DNA from: an uncultured bacterium
GTDB taxonomy: Bacteria; UBP4; UBA4092
DNA length: 64,000 nt
Assembly (NCBI GenBank): GCA_964644695.1
Contig: CAZXWN010000002.1
Coordinates: 124,001 to 188,000 of the forward strand
Direction of reading: 5' to 3'
The position numbers and the translations under genes are program-made. The notes under the pieces were generated by a model. It worked only from the letters and a program-made list of their open reading frames with translations. It did not search any database and was not told the origin of the DNA. Shown one piece after another: positions 29,653-39,546 of this stretch (positions within the stretch are counted from its first letter, which is position 1; every line of letters begins with the position of its first letter).

Positions 29653-32600
29653 ATGTCTCGATATTTTAAGGTAGTTACTTTTTTATTTACTTTGTTATGG
29701 ATCACAACATCTTTTGCCCAATCTTTAGAAGATGAAAAATCACGGTTTAAGATTGCACAGGGCGCTGAATACAAGCCGGGGCGAGTTCTCGTAAAATTCA
29801 AATCAAATCAGTCAGAATCCCGGATAAACAGTATTCTGGCAAAAACAGGGACGACACTCAAAAAACATCTTCGTGGGCAGGATGTGTATATCCTGGATTT
29901 TGATGCCCAAACCGCTTCTTTATCAAAAGTTATAAATACTTTTGCTACTTTCTCTTCTTTTGTGGAATATGCTGAACCGGATTATAAAGTAAAGGCGACA
30001 GCTGTCCCCAATGATACCTACTATAATCTCCAGTGGGGAATGCCAAAAATTAAAGCCCCTGTTGTCTGGAATTATGCCAAAGGGAATGATGATTTTGTGG
30101 TGGCTGTTATCGACACCGGGATTGATTATAACCATTCTGATTTCCAGGGTAAACTGTGGGTCAACAGTAAAGAAATCGCCGGGAATGGGATTGATGATGA
30201 CGGTAATGGGTATATTGATGATGTTCATGGTTATAACTTTGTGACTGGCACTGGCGACCCGTATGATGATGACACCTCCAGTGGTGGGCATGGTTCTCAT
30301 TGTGCCGGGACGATTGCCGCTGCAACTAATAATGCCAATGGAATTGCCGGATTAAACTGGAATGGCAAAATCATGGCACTCAAATTTCTGGATATTAATG
30401 GTGAAGGGTATATGAGTGATGCGGCGGAGGCCCTCCTTTATGCTGTCAATATGGGTGCGCGGATATCCAGTAATAGTTATGGGTCTGCAGCTAATTCCGT
30501 TACTTTGAGAAATGCAATCGACAGTGCAAATACTAAAGGGCATTTATATGTAGCTTCTGCTGGTAATGAAGCCACAGATATGGATAGTTCATCCTCTTAT
30601 CCGGGAAGTTACAAACGAGCAAATATGTTGACGGTCGCCGCAACGGACCAAAGTGATAATCTGAGTTCTTATTCAAATTATGGGACTACGGCTGTACATT
30701 TGGCGGCTCCGGGCGATAACATCGCCAGCTGTGTACGAGGTGGCTATGCCTACATGTACGGGACCTCCATGGCTGCACCTCATGTGGCGGGTGTGGCGGC
30801 TTTACTGTGGTCTTCTAACACTGTGCTTCCGATGTCACATGTAAAAGGATACATCCTGGATGGTGTGGATTACATTCCGGCATTATATGGTTATGTTTCT
30901 ACGGGTGGCCGTTTGAATGCGGCGGGTTCATTCTGGTCCGCATTGACGACCTTCAATGCGTCGCTCAGCGGCAGTAATGTGTCCCTGACATGGACAAACC
31001 CGACTCATCCCCAGTTCCAGAATGTCAAAATCATGCGTCGAAGTGACACTTATCCCAAAGCTCCTACGGATGGAACACAGGTCTATTTCAGTAATGGCCA
31101 GAGTACTCTTGATACCAGTGCCTACTCAGGGCAAACTTCTTATTATTCAGCGTTTGTTTTGTATTCTACGGGTGCTTATTCACCGGGGGTGCGTGCCGCA
31201 GTTTATGTTCCTTATAACCAGTCTGTTTCCAACCTCCTCGTCCAATATACCGAAGATGCCAAAGTGAATCTGTATTGGACAAATCCTGCTGACAGCGCCT
31301 ATGGCTCTACTTTGATTGTCCGTAAATCAGGTTCCTATCCAACAAGTCCAACGGATGGAACAAATATCTACTGGTATAACGGAACTTCAGCTCAGGATAC
31401 CGGAGTAACCGCCGGTCAGACTTATTACTATGGAATATATTGCTTCAATACTTCTGGTTTCTATGGGCCTGCCGTTAATCAGAGAGCCCGGCCGATTGCC
31501 TCATTTAAGGTCAATACATTTACGGTTGTTCCGGGAGATCGTGTCATTCAATTAAACTGGAGTTTGACTTCAACGGGTAAAGCTCCCAAACAATACGGTT
31601 TATATCGCAGTGAATCAGCGGTTCCCACCCGACCCGGGCAGGGGACTTTACTGGCTTCATTTAATGGGTCTTCTTACACGGATTCCAATGTCAGTTATGG
31701 TAAGACCTATTATTATTCCCTCTTTGTTCAAGACACTGTGGATGGATGGGGACCTCCGTATTCAGTCATTACTGCCATGAATCGGTGGTTCAATACTGCC
31801 GGTGATTTCACCGAAGCGGAGGATACGACAGCCTGGGGATTTGAATCTATGGCAGGTCTGGGAACAGCACCTACCCAATGGCTGAATACCTATAATGGAT
31901 CTTCCGGTGTTTTGAAAATCAATCTCACTTCCACCAATAGTGGAGTCAAATTAACTTCCTTTGGCCGATTGACGACACAACCCTCGGCCTGGTACCGATT
32001 ACGGGTCAACTTCCTGGCTGAATCTAATACATTATCCCAGGAAATGCTGGGCGTATTGCTTGGTTATGCCAACCCTGCCGGATGGAGTATTGCCGAAGTG
32101 TCTGGTAATTTTAATGGCTATACACTCATGACGACGAATGTGTGGCAAACCATGGATGTATATCTGAAAACAAAGACAACCTCCATTCAACCTCAATTGA
32201 TTCTTAAAACAGTAAATGGACAGGGCAGTCTGTATATTGATTCAATCGTTGTCGATAAGATGACTCATCCTGCCTCTACCAGTGGAACTGTTTTGACTTA
32301 TTCAGGCGACAGCTTTACGACATCGGATGACACAACACAATGGGCCTTTGAAGGAGTGGCGGGTGCTGTCGGAGGACTTCCAACAGTAGGATATGTGAAT
32401 ACCTTTAGTGGAAGATCCGGAGTAATGGTTTTGACCTTTACTGAACAGACTCAAGGCGTGAAGCTGACCTCCTATGGAATGGCAAGTTCCATCGCCGGAA
32501 CTCAAGCGGTTGTGAATTATGACATGTACTTTACGGCACCTCTGGGGACAGGATCGTCTCTCCTGGGTGTGTTGTTTGGAGAAAAAACTCCATTGGCTTT

Positions 32601-32817
32601 CCCTTATGACCTGGGTGCAGTGGCAGACATGGGAACCGTTACGACGGGTCAATGGGTAACTTTCTCGGTTCCGTTGGATTCATTATCTGGGCAATGGACA
32701 CTGCGTCCCCAGTTGATTATCCAGAACACAACAGGACTGGGTCAGATTTTCATTGATAGTGCCTCCATTACCAGAGAAACCTCACCTTCCCCGGTATCGG
32801 ATAGTTTGAACGAATAG
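29653..32817 (+). CDS. Secreted S8 subtilisin-like protease with FN3-like repeats and tandem C-terminal domains
   Basis: Triad motifs VIDTGID, HGSHCAG, GTSMAAP; prodomain AEPDY; three YP-x2-PTDG/FN3-like repeats. Confidence 0.92.
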   Translation: MSRYFKVVTFLFTLLWITTSFAQSLEDEKSRFKIAQGAEYKPGRVLVKFKSNQSESRINSILAKTGTTLKKHLRGQDVYILDFDAQTASLSKVINTFATFSSFVEYAEPDYKVKATAVPNDTYYNLQWGMPKIKAPVVWNYAKGNDDFVVAVIDTGIDYNHSDFQGKLWVNSKEIAGNGIDDDGNGYIDDVHGYNFVTGTGDPYDDDTSSGGHGSHCAGTIAAATNNANGIAGLNWNGKIMALKFLDINGEGYMSDAAEALLYAVNMGARISSNSYGSAANSVTLRNAIDSANTKGHLYVASAGNEATDMDSSSSYPGSYKRANMLTVAATDQSDNLSSYSNYGTTAVHLAAPGDNIASCVRGGYAYMYGTSMAAPHVAGVAALLWSSNTVLPMSHVKGYILDGVDYIPALYGYVSTGGRLNAAGSFWSALTTFNASLSGSNVSLTWTNPTHPQFQNVKIMRRSDTYPKAPTDGTQVYFSNGQSTLDTSAYSGQTSYYSAFVLYSTGAYSPGVRAAVYVPYNQSVSNLLVQYTEDAKVNLYWTNPADSAYGSTLIVRKSGSYPTSPTDGTNIYWYNGTSAQDTGVTAGQTYYYGIYCFNTSGFYGPAVNQRARPIASFKVNTFTVVPGDRVIQLNWSLTSTGKAPKQYGLYRSESAVPTRPGQGTLLASFNGSSYTDSNVSYGKTYYYSLFVQDTVDGWGPPYSVITAMNRWFNTAGDFTEAEDTTAWGFESMAGLGTAPTQWLNTYNGSSGVLKINLTSTNSGVKLTSFGRLTTQPSAWYRLRVNFLAESNTLSQEMLGVLLGYANPAGWSIAEVSGNFNGYTLMTTNVWQTMDVYLKTKTTSIQPQLILKTVNGQGSLYIDSIVVDKMTHPASTSGTVLTYSGDSFTTSDDTTQWAFEGVAGAVGGLPTVGYVNTFSGRSGVMVLTFTEQTQGVKLTSYGMASSIAGTQAVVNYDMYFTAPLGTGSSLLGVLFGEKTPLAFPYDLGAVADMGTVTTGQWVTFSVPLDSLSGQWTLRPQLIIQNTTGLGQIFIDSASITRETSPSPVSDSLNE

Positions 32818-32837
32818 TAAAATTGAAGAAGACAATA

Positions 32838-32875
32838 AAGAGCCGTTCCGGACATTCGGAGCGGCTTTTCTTTTT
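32838..32875 (+). terminator. Intrinsic terminator
   Basis: AAGAGCCGTTCCG-loop-CGGAGCGGCTTTT plus T tract. Confidence 0.8.
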
Positions 32876-32953
32876 ATCGGGTTGGTAGATTTTGCCGGGT
32901 GCTGTAAAATCGTAAGGATGTTTATCAGAGAATCTATAAAGGAATAACTATAA

Positions 32954-33904
32954 ATGAAAAAAGCCCTTATTGTCTGTCTGTTTTGGATCCTTGGGATAAT
33001 TCCTGTTGTTGCGAGAGAATGGACTCCCTTACTTCTTCCAGATACGAGACCGGTATCTCTGGAGACGGTAGTCCGGGGAGAGAATATCTCTCTCAGTTTT
33101 GACTCCAGTTTTGGCGGGACTGTTTTATTGTTTATTCCAGAAGGATATAAACCATCACCTAAAGGAATTGATCTGGTGGTTCATTTCCATACCAATCATA
33201 ATTTTGTTCGGCAGCAATTCACCGTAGAGAATCGGCAGGCATTGTTATTGACTGTAAATTTTCCGGGATTGTCAGCGGCCTATCGGACACCCTTTCAGAA
33301 TGATTCCACTTTATGGTCCCATATCCTTTCCCAGGCGATGGACTCTGCCTCTCAACTGCATCCTGAATATCCCCGGCATTGGAGAAAGATAGGATTGACT
33401 TCATTCAGCGCAGGATATGGAGCCGTTCGGGAACTCTTAAAAAATCCCACCATTTATTCTCAAATCCAGGAAGTCGTCTTGATTGATTCACTTCATACCG
33501 GAATCAAAGATACCACCCGGCGGGAACTGGAAACAGAACCCATGGAACCCTTTGTAAAACTGGCCAAGGATGCGGTCAAAGGCAAGAAATTATTTATTAC
33601 GAGCCATTCTGCCATTATCCCGGAGACTTATGCGGGAACTCCGGAAACCAATCAATATCTCATCCAGAAAGTCAATGGAAAAGCACGGCTGGTGGTCACA
33701 AAACCTGATGAAGTGATTCAGACGACCGGTAAAATCTGGCTGGTCTATGACAAAGGCCGTTTCCATGTTCGGGGTTATACGGGAACCCAGGCGATATCCC
33801 ACTTATCCCAATTATGGGCATTAAGGTACTGGTTCCGGGGTATGGAAATCGGGACTCCTCCCGAGGTGATGCCTAAATCCGGTCAAGCTCGTAAACTGCG
33901 GTAA
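32954..33904 (+). CDS. Secreted alpha/beta-hydrolase-like protein
   Basis: Signal peptide; VHFH, SFSAGY, LIDSLH motifs. Confidence 0.65.
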   Translation: MKKALIVCLFWILGIIPVVAREWTPLLLPDTRPVSLETVVRGENISLSFDSSFGGTVLLFIPEGYKPSPKGIDLVVHFHTNHNFVRQQFTVENRQALLLTVNFPGLSAAYRTPFQNDSTLWSHILSQAMDSASQLHPEYPRHWRKIGLTSFSAGYGAVRELLKNPTIYSQIQEVVLIDSLHTGIKDTTRRELETEPMEPFVKLAKDAVKGKKLFITSHSAIIPETYAGTPETNQYLIQKVNGKARLVVTKPDEVIQTTGKIWLVYDKGRFHVRGYTGTQAISHLSQLWALRYWFRGMEIGTPPEVMPKSGQARKLR

Positions 33905-34737
33905 GTCTTCTGAATCAGGAGTGCATCCTCTTCAATACTGGGTGACTCACAGATCAAAAAGCCTGAGCAGCGATTCTTTTTCAGGACAGACAAGTAATCC
34001 CGATATTTCAAATCAGCTTCTTCAAAGATGAGATGGTGTTTTTCGCCTTTGGGTCCGTAGGCGATCCCGGAAAGGTGCAGATGCATTTCTTCCAAGGCCT
34101 GCCGTCCAAGAGCCTGATCCACTTTACTGAGTATTTCTTCAAACTCAGGGATTGAGTTCCATGCGCCATTCTCTCTTGCATGAAGATGAGATAGATCTAT
34201 ACAGGGATAAATCCCCATATCTTTTCCTAATTGGAGGAGTTCATCCAGACTCCCGAACTGAGTCGCTTTCCCTGTTGTTTCGGGTCTGACCCGAATGTTG
34301 ATTTTTTCCTGCTCCAGTGTTTTTAAGATGCCTTCCATTTCATGAGCTATTTTCTTGTAAACGACATCCGGGTCATCTCCAAGATAATATCCCGCATGAA
34401 AGACTACGCTTTCGGCACCACAGAGGGAACCAATCCGGGCTGAATCCAGTATGCGTTTAATACTGGCTTTTAGTTTTTCGGGTTCGCGGGCGTTCAGATT
34501 GATGAAATAGGGGGCATGGACTGTCAGCCGAATACCTGTTTTTTCTTTGGTTTCTTTGACTTTAGCTGCTGTTGCCGGGCCCATTCGGACGCCCTGAACA
34601 AACTCCATTTCCATACAATCCAAACCTAATTCTTTAACGCGTTGGATTCCGGCGAGAGTCGAGGGTTCCGCTGAGCTGCGAGGACATCCTGCCGGCCCAA
34701 TCAATAACTTATGTCCTTGTTTTTGTGTGGGATTCAT
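33883..34737 (-). CDS. nfo: Endonuclease IV / AP endonuclease 2 family TIM barrel
   Basis: HAPYFINLNA, FHAG, PETTGK, DLSHLHAR, HLHLSGI, CESP. Confidence 0.85.
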   Translation of the reverse strand: MNPTQKQGHKLLIGPAGCPRSSAEPSTLAGIQRVKELGLDCMEMEFVQGVRMGPATAAKVKETKEKTGIRLTVHAPYFINLNAREPEKLKASIKRILDSARIGSLCGAESVVFHAGYYLGDDPDVVYKKIAHEMEGILKTLEQEKINIRVRPETTGKATQFGSLDELLQLGKDMGIYPCIDLSHLHARENGAWNSIPEFEEILSKVDQALGRQALEEMHLHLSGIAYGPKGEKHHLIFEEADLKYRDYLSVLKKNRCSGFLICESPSIEEDALLIQKTYRSLRA

Positions 34738-34863
34738 GGAATTAATCCTATCTGAACCCGGTCTCTAAAAAAAGATACAAAGAGTTAAATATGTGAAAAA
34801 AAGTTAGACCCTGCTGTAAGTGTCGGTTATACTACAAAAAGAGAAGTTTTATGTCGGTGTCTT

Positions 34864-35511
34864 GTGTCTATGGATGTCGGTCCGTATGAACACCTAATTG
34901 ATATTTTGAAGAAAGGAAATACTCTGATGCCTATATTCCCGGAATTGATTGATGAGAAATTTCCAGTGAATGCAAAACTATCCAATGGAACCCCTGTTCT
35001 GATTCGTAATATTCATGCGGATGATACGGATTTGTTGTGGGCCTTTTTTAAGGAAATTCCCATCCATGACAAACTCTATTTAAAAGAAGATTTAAGTGAA
35101 CCTGAAGTTGCTCGGGAATGGTGTCAGAATCTGGATTACTGTTCCATGTTACCGGTCATTGCCCTGATTGAAGGCAAGATCGTTGGATATACACTTCTGC
35201 AGCATGAGACAAGGACCTGGCAGCGGCATACAGGGACAGTCCGAATGGCAGTTCATCCGGGATACCGGGGGATGGGGTTAGCCAAATTACTTCTCTCTCA
35301 TGTCGTTGATATGGGAATGCATTGTGGACTGGATCGGTTACAGGCCGAAGTCATGGGGGAACAAAAGGCGGCTATCCGATTATTCGAGAGTTTTGGGTTT
35401 GTGAAAATGGCGGTGGTCCCCAAACATGTCATTGATAATAATGGAACAGCTCACGACTATGTCTTAATGGTTTATCCCATGCGTGATGTAGAACGGCACG
35501 CCGCAGATTGA
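34864..35511 (+). CDS. GNAT N-acetyltransferase (start may be 34927)
   Basis: VHPGYRGMGLA, AIRLFESFGF. Confidence 0.88.
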   Translation: MSMDVGPYEHLIDILKKGNTLMPIFPELIDEKFPVNAKLSNGTPVLIRNIHADDTDLLWAFFKEIPIHDKLYLKEDLSEPEVAREWCQNLDYCSMLPVIALIEGKIVGYTLLQHETRTWQRHTGTVRMAVHPGYRGMGLAKLLLSHVVDMGMHCGLDRLQAEVMGEQKAAIRLFESFGFVKMAVVPKHVIDNNGTAHDYVLMVYPMRDVERHAAD

Positions 35512-35536
35512 TCTCCCTAATACTGAAGTAATAAAT

Positions 35537-35572
35537 AAGCCCCGGCAGGAATTCATCCTGACCGGGGCTTTT
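35537..35572. terminator. Bidirectional terminator between convergent genes
   Basis: AAGCCCCGG-CAGGA...TCCTG-ACCGGGGCTTTT. Confidence 0.8.
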
Positions 35573-35585
35573 ATCATTTATTTTG

Positions 35586-36179
35586 TCAGGGTTTGGGAAG
35601 GCAGGTAATACCAAATTTGACGAGAACATCCGCAAGCGCCGCAACGGGTAATCCCACCACATTGGAATAATCACCATTGACCGATTTTATCAGCAGGGAG
35701 CCTTTTCCCTGGATGGCATAAGCGCCTGCTTTGCCCATAGGTTCACCCGTCTGGATATAGGCCTTGATCAATTCTGGAGACAACTTCCTGAAAGTGACTT
35801 CTGTAATGACATGTTTTTCGATCATCTTGTCACCCTGGAGGATACATAACCCGGTGATGACTTGATGGGTTTTACCCGATAAACGGGTCAACATTTTGGC
35901 GGCATCGGCTTCATCTTTGGGTTTTTCCAGAATGTGCTGGCCGAGGACGACAATCGTATCTCCCCCAATAATGACAGCCGTGGGGTCATGAACGAGTTCC
36001 GATACATCGGAAGCCTTTAGATATGCCAGTGCCTGACAGTAATCTGCAGGGTCCAAATCTCCCTCAATATTTTCCTCACGGGGAGAAGGGATAATCTCAA
36101 AATCCAACCCCATTAAAGTTAACAGGTCTTTCCGTCGGGGTGAAGCGGAAGCCAGGATGATTCGTGGTTGTGATTTCAT
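35586..36179 (-). CDS. maf: Maf nucleotide pyrophosphatase (YhdE type)
   Basis: ILASASPRR, GGDTIV, LEKP, KAGAYAIQG, NVVGLP. Confidence 0.95.
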   Translation of the reverse strand: MKSQPRIILASASPRRKDLLTLMGLDFEIIPSPREENIEGDLDPADYCQALAYLKASDVSELVHDPTAVIIGGDTIVVLGQHILEKPKDEADAAKMLTRLSGKTHQVITGLCILQGDKMIEKHVITEVTFRKLSPELIKAYIQTGEPMGKAGAYAIQGKGSLLIKSVNGDYSNVVGLPVAALADVLVKFGITCLPKP

Positions 36180-36191
36180 TTATCTATTTTA

Positions 36192-37511
36192 TCAAAGAAT
36201 ATCGCCGGAACTGATAGTCCCATTGGTTGGGTCATAGACTGTCTGTGTGTCCTGGGTTTGCTGATCCGGTCCGACGCTGAAGACTACTGGAGGGACAGCG
36301 GCATCAGCCTGTTTGAACAGGAAATCTTTGCCACTAAAACAATCCACAGGCAGGGACGGGAGATAACCCGGGACCAATTGTGAAAGGGACTGAGGATATT
36401 GTCCGGTTTTTCTCTGGTATAACTGAGCCGCGGCATTAAGGGATATCAGGGCCAGCCGATTTTTTGCAACATCTCTGCGAATCATCATTGACTCGTAGGA
36501 GGGTTGGAAAAGTCGAAGGATGAAGTTTTTGGGCATTTTCTGCTTAAATTGAACACTCAGATTTTCTTTGTTTTGTCTTTCAAAATCACGATACATGGAA
36601 TCAATTTCCCGGATAATCTTTCCTTTATTGAAAAATATGTTGATTTGGACTAACAGGCTGGTGAGCCGATTTCGACTTGTATTTTCTTCAATCATTTTTT
36701 TGTAATCGGACAGATGATTGACCGTATAAAGGATGGAACTGTATTCACCACGAGCAGCATTAAGTCCGGAATTGTATGATTTATGGAACCGGTAAGACTC
36801 CTCCGCAATCTTTTGCAGCTGGGCATCACTCAGTTTGCCGGATTTAATTAAATAGTTCAGGGGTTTGGCGGGGATTTGGGTGCAGGCAATCCCAATCAGG
36901 TATTGGATCATGAATGGACTGTCCTGCATCAAATTATGGCCTAATTGAACACTACTTAAATAACACTGGAGAGCGGTTTCAATATCATTTCTGGCTTCCG
37001 CCTGTTTTCCCATAACAACGAGATACTTAACCATGGTCTGAACTTTTAAAAAATTCATAACATAAGAGTTCATTGTAGGGTTTTGGGTTGGAATACTCCA
37101 ACCTGCCGTATCCAGTGAAGAAATAATGAGTTCCAGGGCGGGCCTGTTTTTGTTGATTTGCTGTTGAAGTTCTGGATAACTGTTTTCAGTCCAACCTATC
37201 CGTACAATACTGTCGTAGTCGAAAGAGGCAATGATGTATTTATCCCCTGAACGGTTGAATTGTTCATATCCTTCCAGAAAAGTGATCAATTTTGGATTAG
37301 TTTTTGGATTTTCTTTAACTTGTTTCTTTGTTTCTTCTAACCATGGGTCGGCGACAGAGGAGTCCTCTTTCACTGAAGTATTATTGAGAGTTATTGGAAC
37401 AACCCAGTCCATATTTCGGGGCATTTGGAGCCGATCGTATCCCAGCCAGAGCAGACAGAACAGGACTAATCCACAGAGTGTGTAGAAAAATACTTTTACA
37501 TAAGTCGGCAT
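36192..37511 (-). CDS. Membrane-anchored helical protein with pseudopilin-like C-terminal module
   Basis: N-terminal TM; C-terminus GQYPQSLSQLVPGYLPSLPVDCFS...SVGPD...YDPTNGTISSGDIL. Confidence 0.65.
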   Translation of the reverse strand: MPTYVKVFFYTLCGLVLFCLLWLGYDRLQMPRNMDWVVPITLNNTSVKEDSSVADPWLEETKKQVKENPKTNPKLITFLEGYEQFNRSGDKYIIASFDYDSIVRIGWTENSYPELQQQINKNRPALELIISSLDTAGWSIPTQNPTMNSYVMNFLKVQTMVKYLVVMGKQAEARNDIETALQCYLSSVQLGHNLMQDSPFMIQYLIGIACTQIPAKPLNYLIKSGKLSDAQLQKIAEESYRFHKSYNSGLNAARGEYSSILYTVNHLSDYKKMIEENTSRNRLTSLLVQINIFFNKGKIIREIDSMYRDFERQNKENLSVQFKQKMPKNFILRLFQPSYESMMIRRDVAKNRLALISLNAAAQLYQRKTGQYPQSLSQLVPGYLPSLPVDCFSGKDFLFKQADAAVPPVVFSVGPDQQTQDTQTVYDPTNGTISSGDIL

Positions 37512-37652
37512 TTGATAACTCCTTCTGATTGAATATTCCTAATTATATGTGATTAATGAATATATGAAAGACTTTTCATCCTTCTGATACTATTTACGAA
37601 TGACCCCCCTCTTATCTTCCCTGCATATTTGAGGGTAAGACTTTCAATATGG

Positions 37653-37712
37653 TTCGAATGACTCACGGAGCTGCTCGGAGATGGTCCGTACCCCCTTCGT
37701 TTGTGGTTCGTT
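37653..37712 (-). repeat. Dispersed intergenic element, copy B (contiguous form)
   Basis: Reverse complement AACGAACCACAAACGAAGGGGGTACGGACCATCTCCGAGCAGCTCCGTGAGTCATTCGAA; matches copies at 7985 and 17775. Confidence 0.75.
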
Positions 37713-37806
37713 GGCCGGATGAAGTTTGTAGGAAAATAGTTGGGAGGGGAGTAAGGGGGGTATCCCTTGTTATAATGAAAGAATATTTAACCTGTGAGGT
37801 ATAAAG

Positions 37807-39252
37807 ATGGCTTTTAAAGACTTGCGTGAATATATTGCAGCACTGGATAAAGCAGGCGACTTGAAACGGGTATCGGTTGAAGTTGATCCGATATTGGAAA
37901 TGTCTGAGATTGCAGACCGGTTGGTGAAAAATCAAGGACCGGCGGTGTTGTTTGAGAAAGCCAAAGGGTCACAGTTCCCGGTCGCGATGAATTTATTTGG
38001 GACTCAGGACCGACTCAATCTGGCGTTTGGTGTGAAAGATATCAAGGAGATACCGGACAGGATCCGGGAATTCATGCAGTTACAGCCTCCGGCGGGTTTG
38101 TGGGACAAAATCATGCTGTTACCGAAACTGGGGGAACTGACCCAATTTATTCCGAAGGTGGTTAAATCGGGACCCTGTAAAGAAGTCATCAAGACGGGAG
38201 ACCAGATCAAACTGTCTGAACTGCCGATATTAAAAACATGGCCTCAGGATGGGGGTCGATATGTCACCCTTCCTATTTGTATTACGAAAGACCCGCGGAC
38301 CGGAATCCGAAACTCTGGGATGTACAGGATCCAGATATATGATGATACGACGACGGGAATGCATTTCCAGCTGCATAAACATGCGGCACGGCATGAAGAA
38401 GCCTATGGCAAGATGGGAAAACGGTTGGAGATGGCGGTTGCTATTGGAGCGGATCCGGCAAGCATTTATGCCGCTACGGCACCCTGTCCGGATAACATTG
38501 ATGAATTTTTGCTGGCGGGATTTATCCGCAGGGAACCGGTGGAGTTGGTGAAATGTGAAACCGTCGATTTAGAAGTCCCTGCTCATTCTGAATTTGTTTT
38601 AGAAGGGTATGTGGACCCGACAGAGAGACGGGTAGAAGGGCCCTTTGGAGATCATACGGGGTACTACTCCCTGGCGGAACCTTACCCAGTGTTTCATGTG
38701 ACCTGCATCACGCACCGGAAGGATGCCATTTATCCGGCGACAGTGGTGGGTCGGCCTATCATGGAAGACTTTTATCTGGGGGATGCGACATTACAGATAT
38801 TCCTGCCGATGCTGCAAATGACGGTCCCTGAAATTGTGGATATGTATATGCCGCCGGAGGGCGTATTCCATAACTGTTGTATTGTCAGTATCAAAAAATC
38901 GTATCCGGGCCAGGCGCGGAAGGTGATGCATGCCCTGTGGGGACTGGGTCAGATGATGTTCACGAAACTGATTATTGTGGTGGATGAGTCGGTCAATCTT
39001 CGAGATTTATCGGAAGTCAGCTGGGTGGTGTTTAATAATATTGATGCCCGGAGGGATTTGGAAATTGTGGATGGACCTCTGGATGATTTGGACCGGGCGG
39101 CTCCGGTGGGTCGGCTGGGTGCCAAGCTGGGTGTGGATGCAACGGTTAAGTTACCGGAAGAAGGAATGCCGCGGCCCTGGGGTGACCCCATCGAAATGTC
39201 TCCCGATATCAAAGAACAGGTCTCTAAACGCTGGAAGGAATATGGGCTTTAG
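37807..39252 (+). CDS. ubiD: UbiD family decarboxylase (menaquinone/futalosine pathway, MqnL type)
   Basis: GMYRIQ, EGPFGDHTGYY, IKKSYPGQARKVMHALWGLGQMMFTK. Confidence 0.95.
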   Translation: MAFKDLREYIAALDKAGDLKRVSVEVDPILEMSEIADRLVKNQGPAVLFEKAKGSQFPVAMNLFGTQDRLNLAFGVKDIKEIPDRIREFMQLQPPAGLWDKIMLLPKLGELTQFIPKVVKSGPCKEVIKTGDQIKLSELPILKTWPQDGGRYVTLPICITKDPRTGIRNSGMYRIQIYDDTTTGMHFQLHKHAARHEEAYGKMGKRLEMAVAIGADPASIYAATAPCPDNIDEFLLAGFIRREPVELVKCETVDLEVPAHSEFVLEGYVDPTERRVEGPFGDHTGYYSLAEPYPVFHVTCITHRKDAIYPATVVGRPIMEDFYLGDATLQIFLPMLQMTVPEIVDMYMPPEGVFHNCCIVSIKKSYPGQARKVMHALWGLGQMMFTKLIIVVDESVNLRDLSEVSWVVFNNIDARRDLEIVDGPLDDLDRAAPVGRLGAKLGVDATVKLPEEGMPRPWGDPIEMSPDIKEQVSKRWKEYGL

Positions 39253-39292
39253 AACGCAATAGATACTGTATATTTTCATGGCTTTTGAAAGG

Positions 39293-39331
39293 TCCATCGT
39301 ATCCATGTAAAACGGGATACGATGGATTTTT
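39293..39331 (+). terminator. Intrinsic terminator after ubiD
   Basis: TCCATCGTATCC-N10-GGATACGATGGA plus TTTTT. Confidence 0.85.
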
Positions 39332-39546
39332 GTTTTATACATTTTTGGCTATTTGATTGGGATAATCCCTATTCGAAATAACCCCCTATGACCTTATCTG
39401 TCATGGGGGTGGCTTTCTAAATTTTTGATTTTATGTATAATGACAGCATCAGGCAATCTTGTTTGATTCAGGTTATTATGAGTCTGAATATTAAAAAGAC
39501 AAAATTATTTCATCCGCAACTAAGATGAAATATGGAGGGGCTTAAG

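Noticed and set aside
37663..37935. 90-aa minus-strand ORF over repeat copy B and the ubiD start
   Set aside because: Antisense to ubiD; no coding signal
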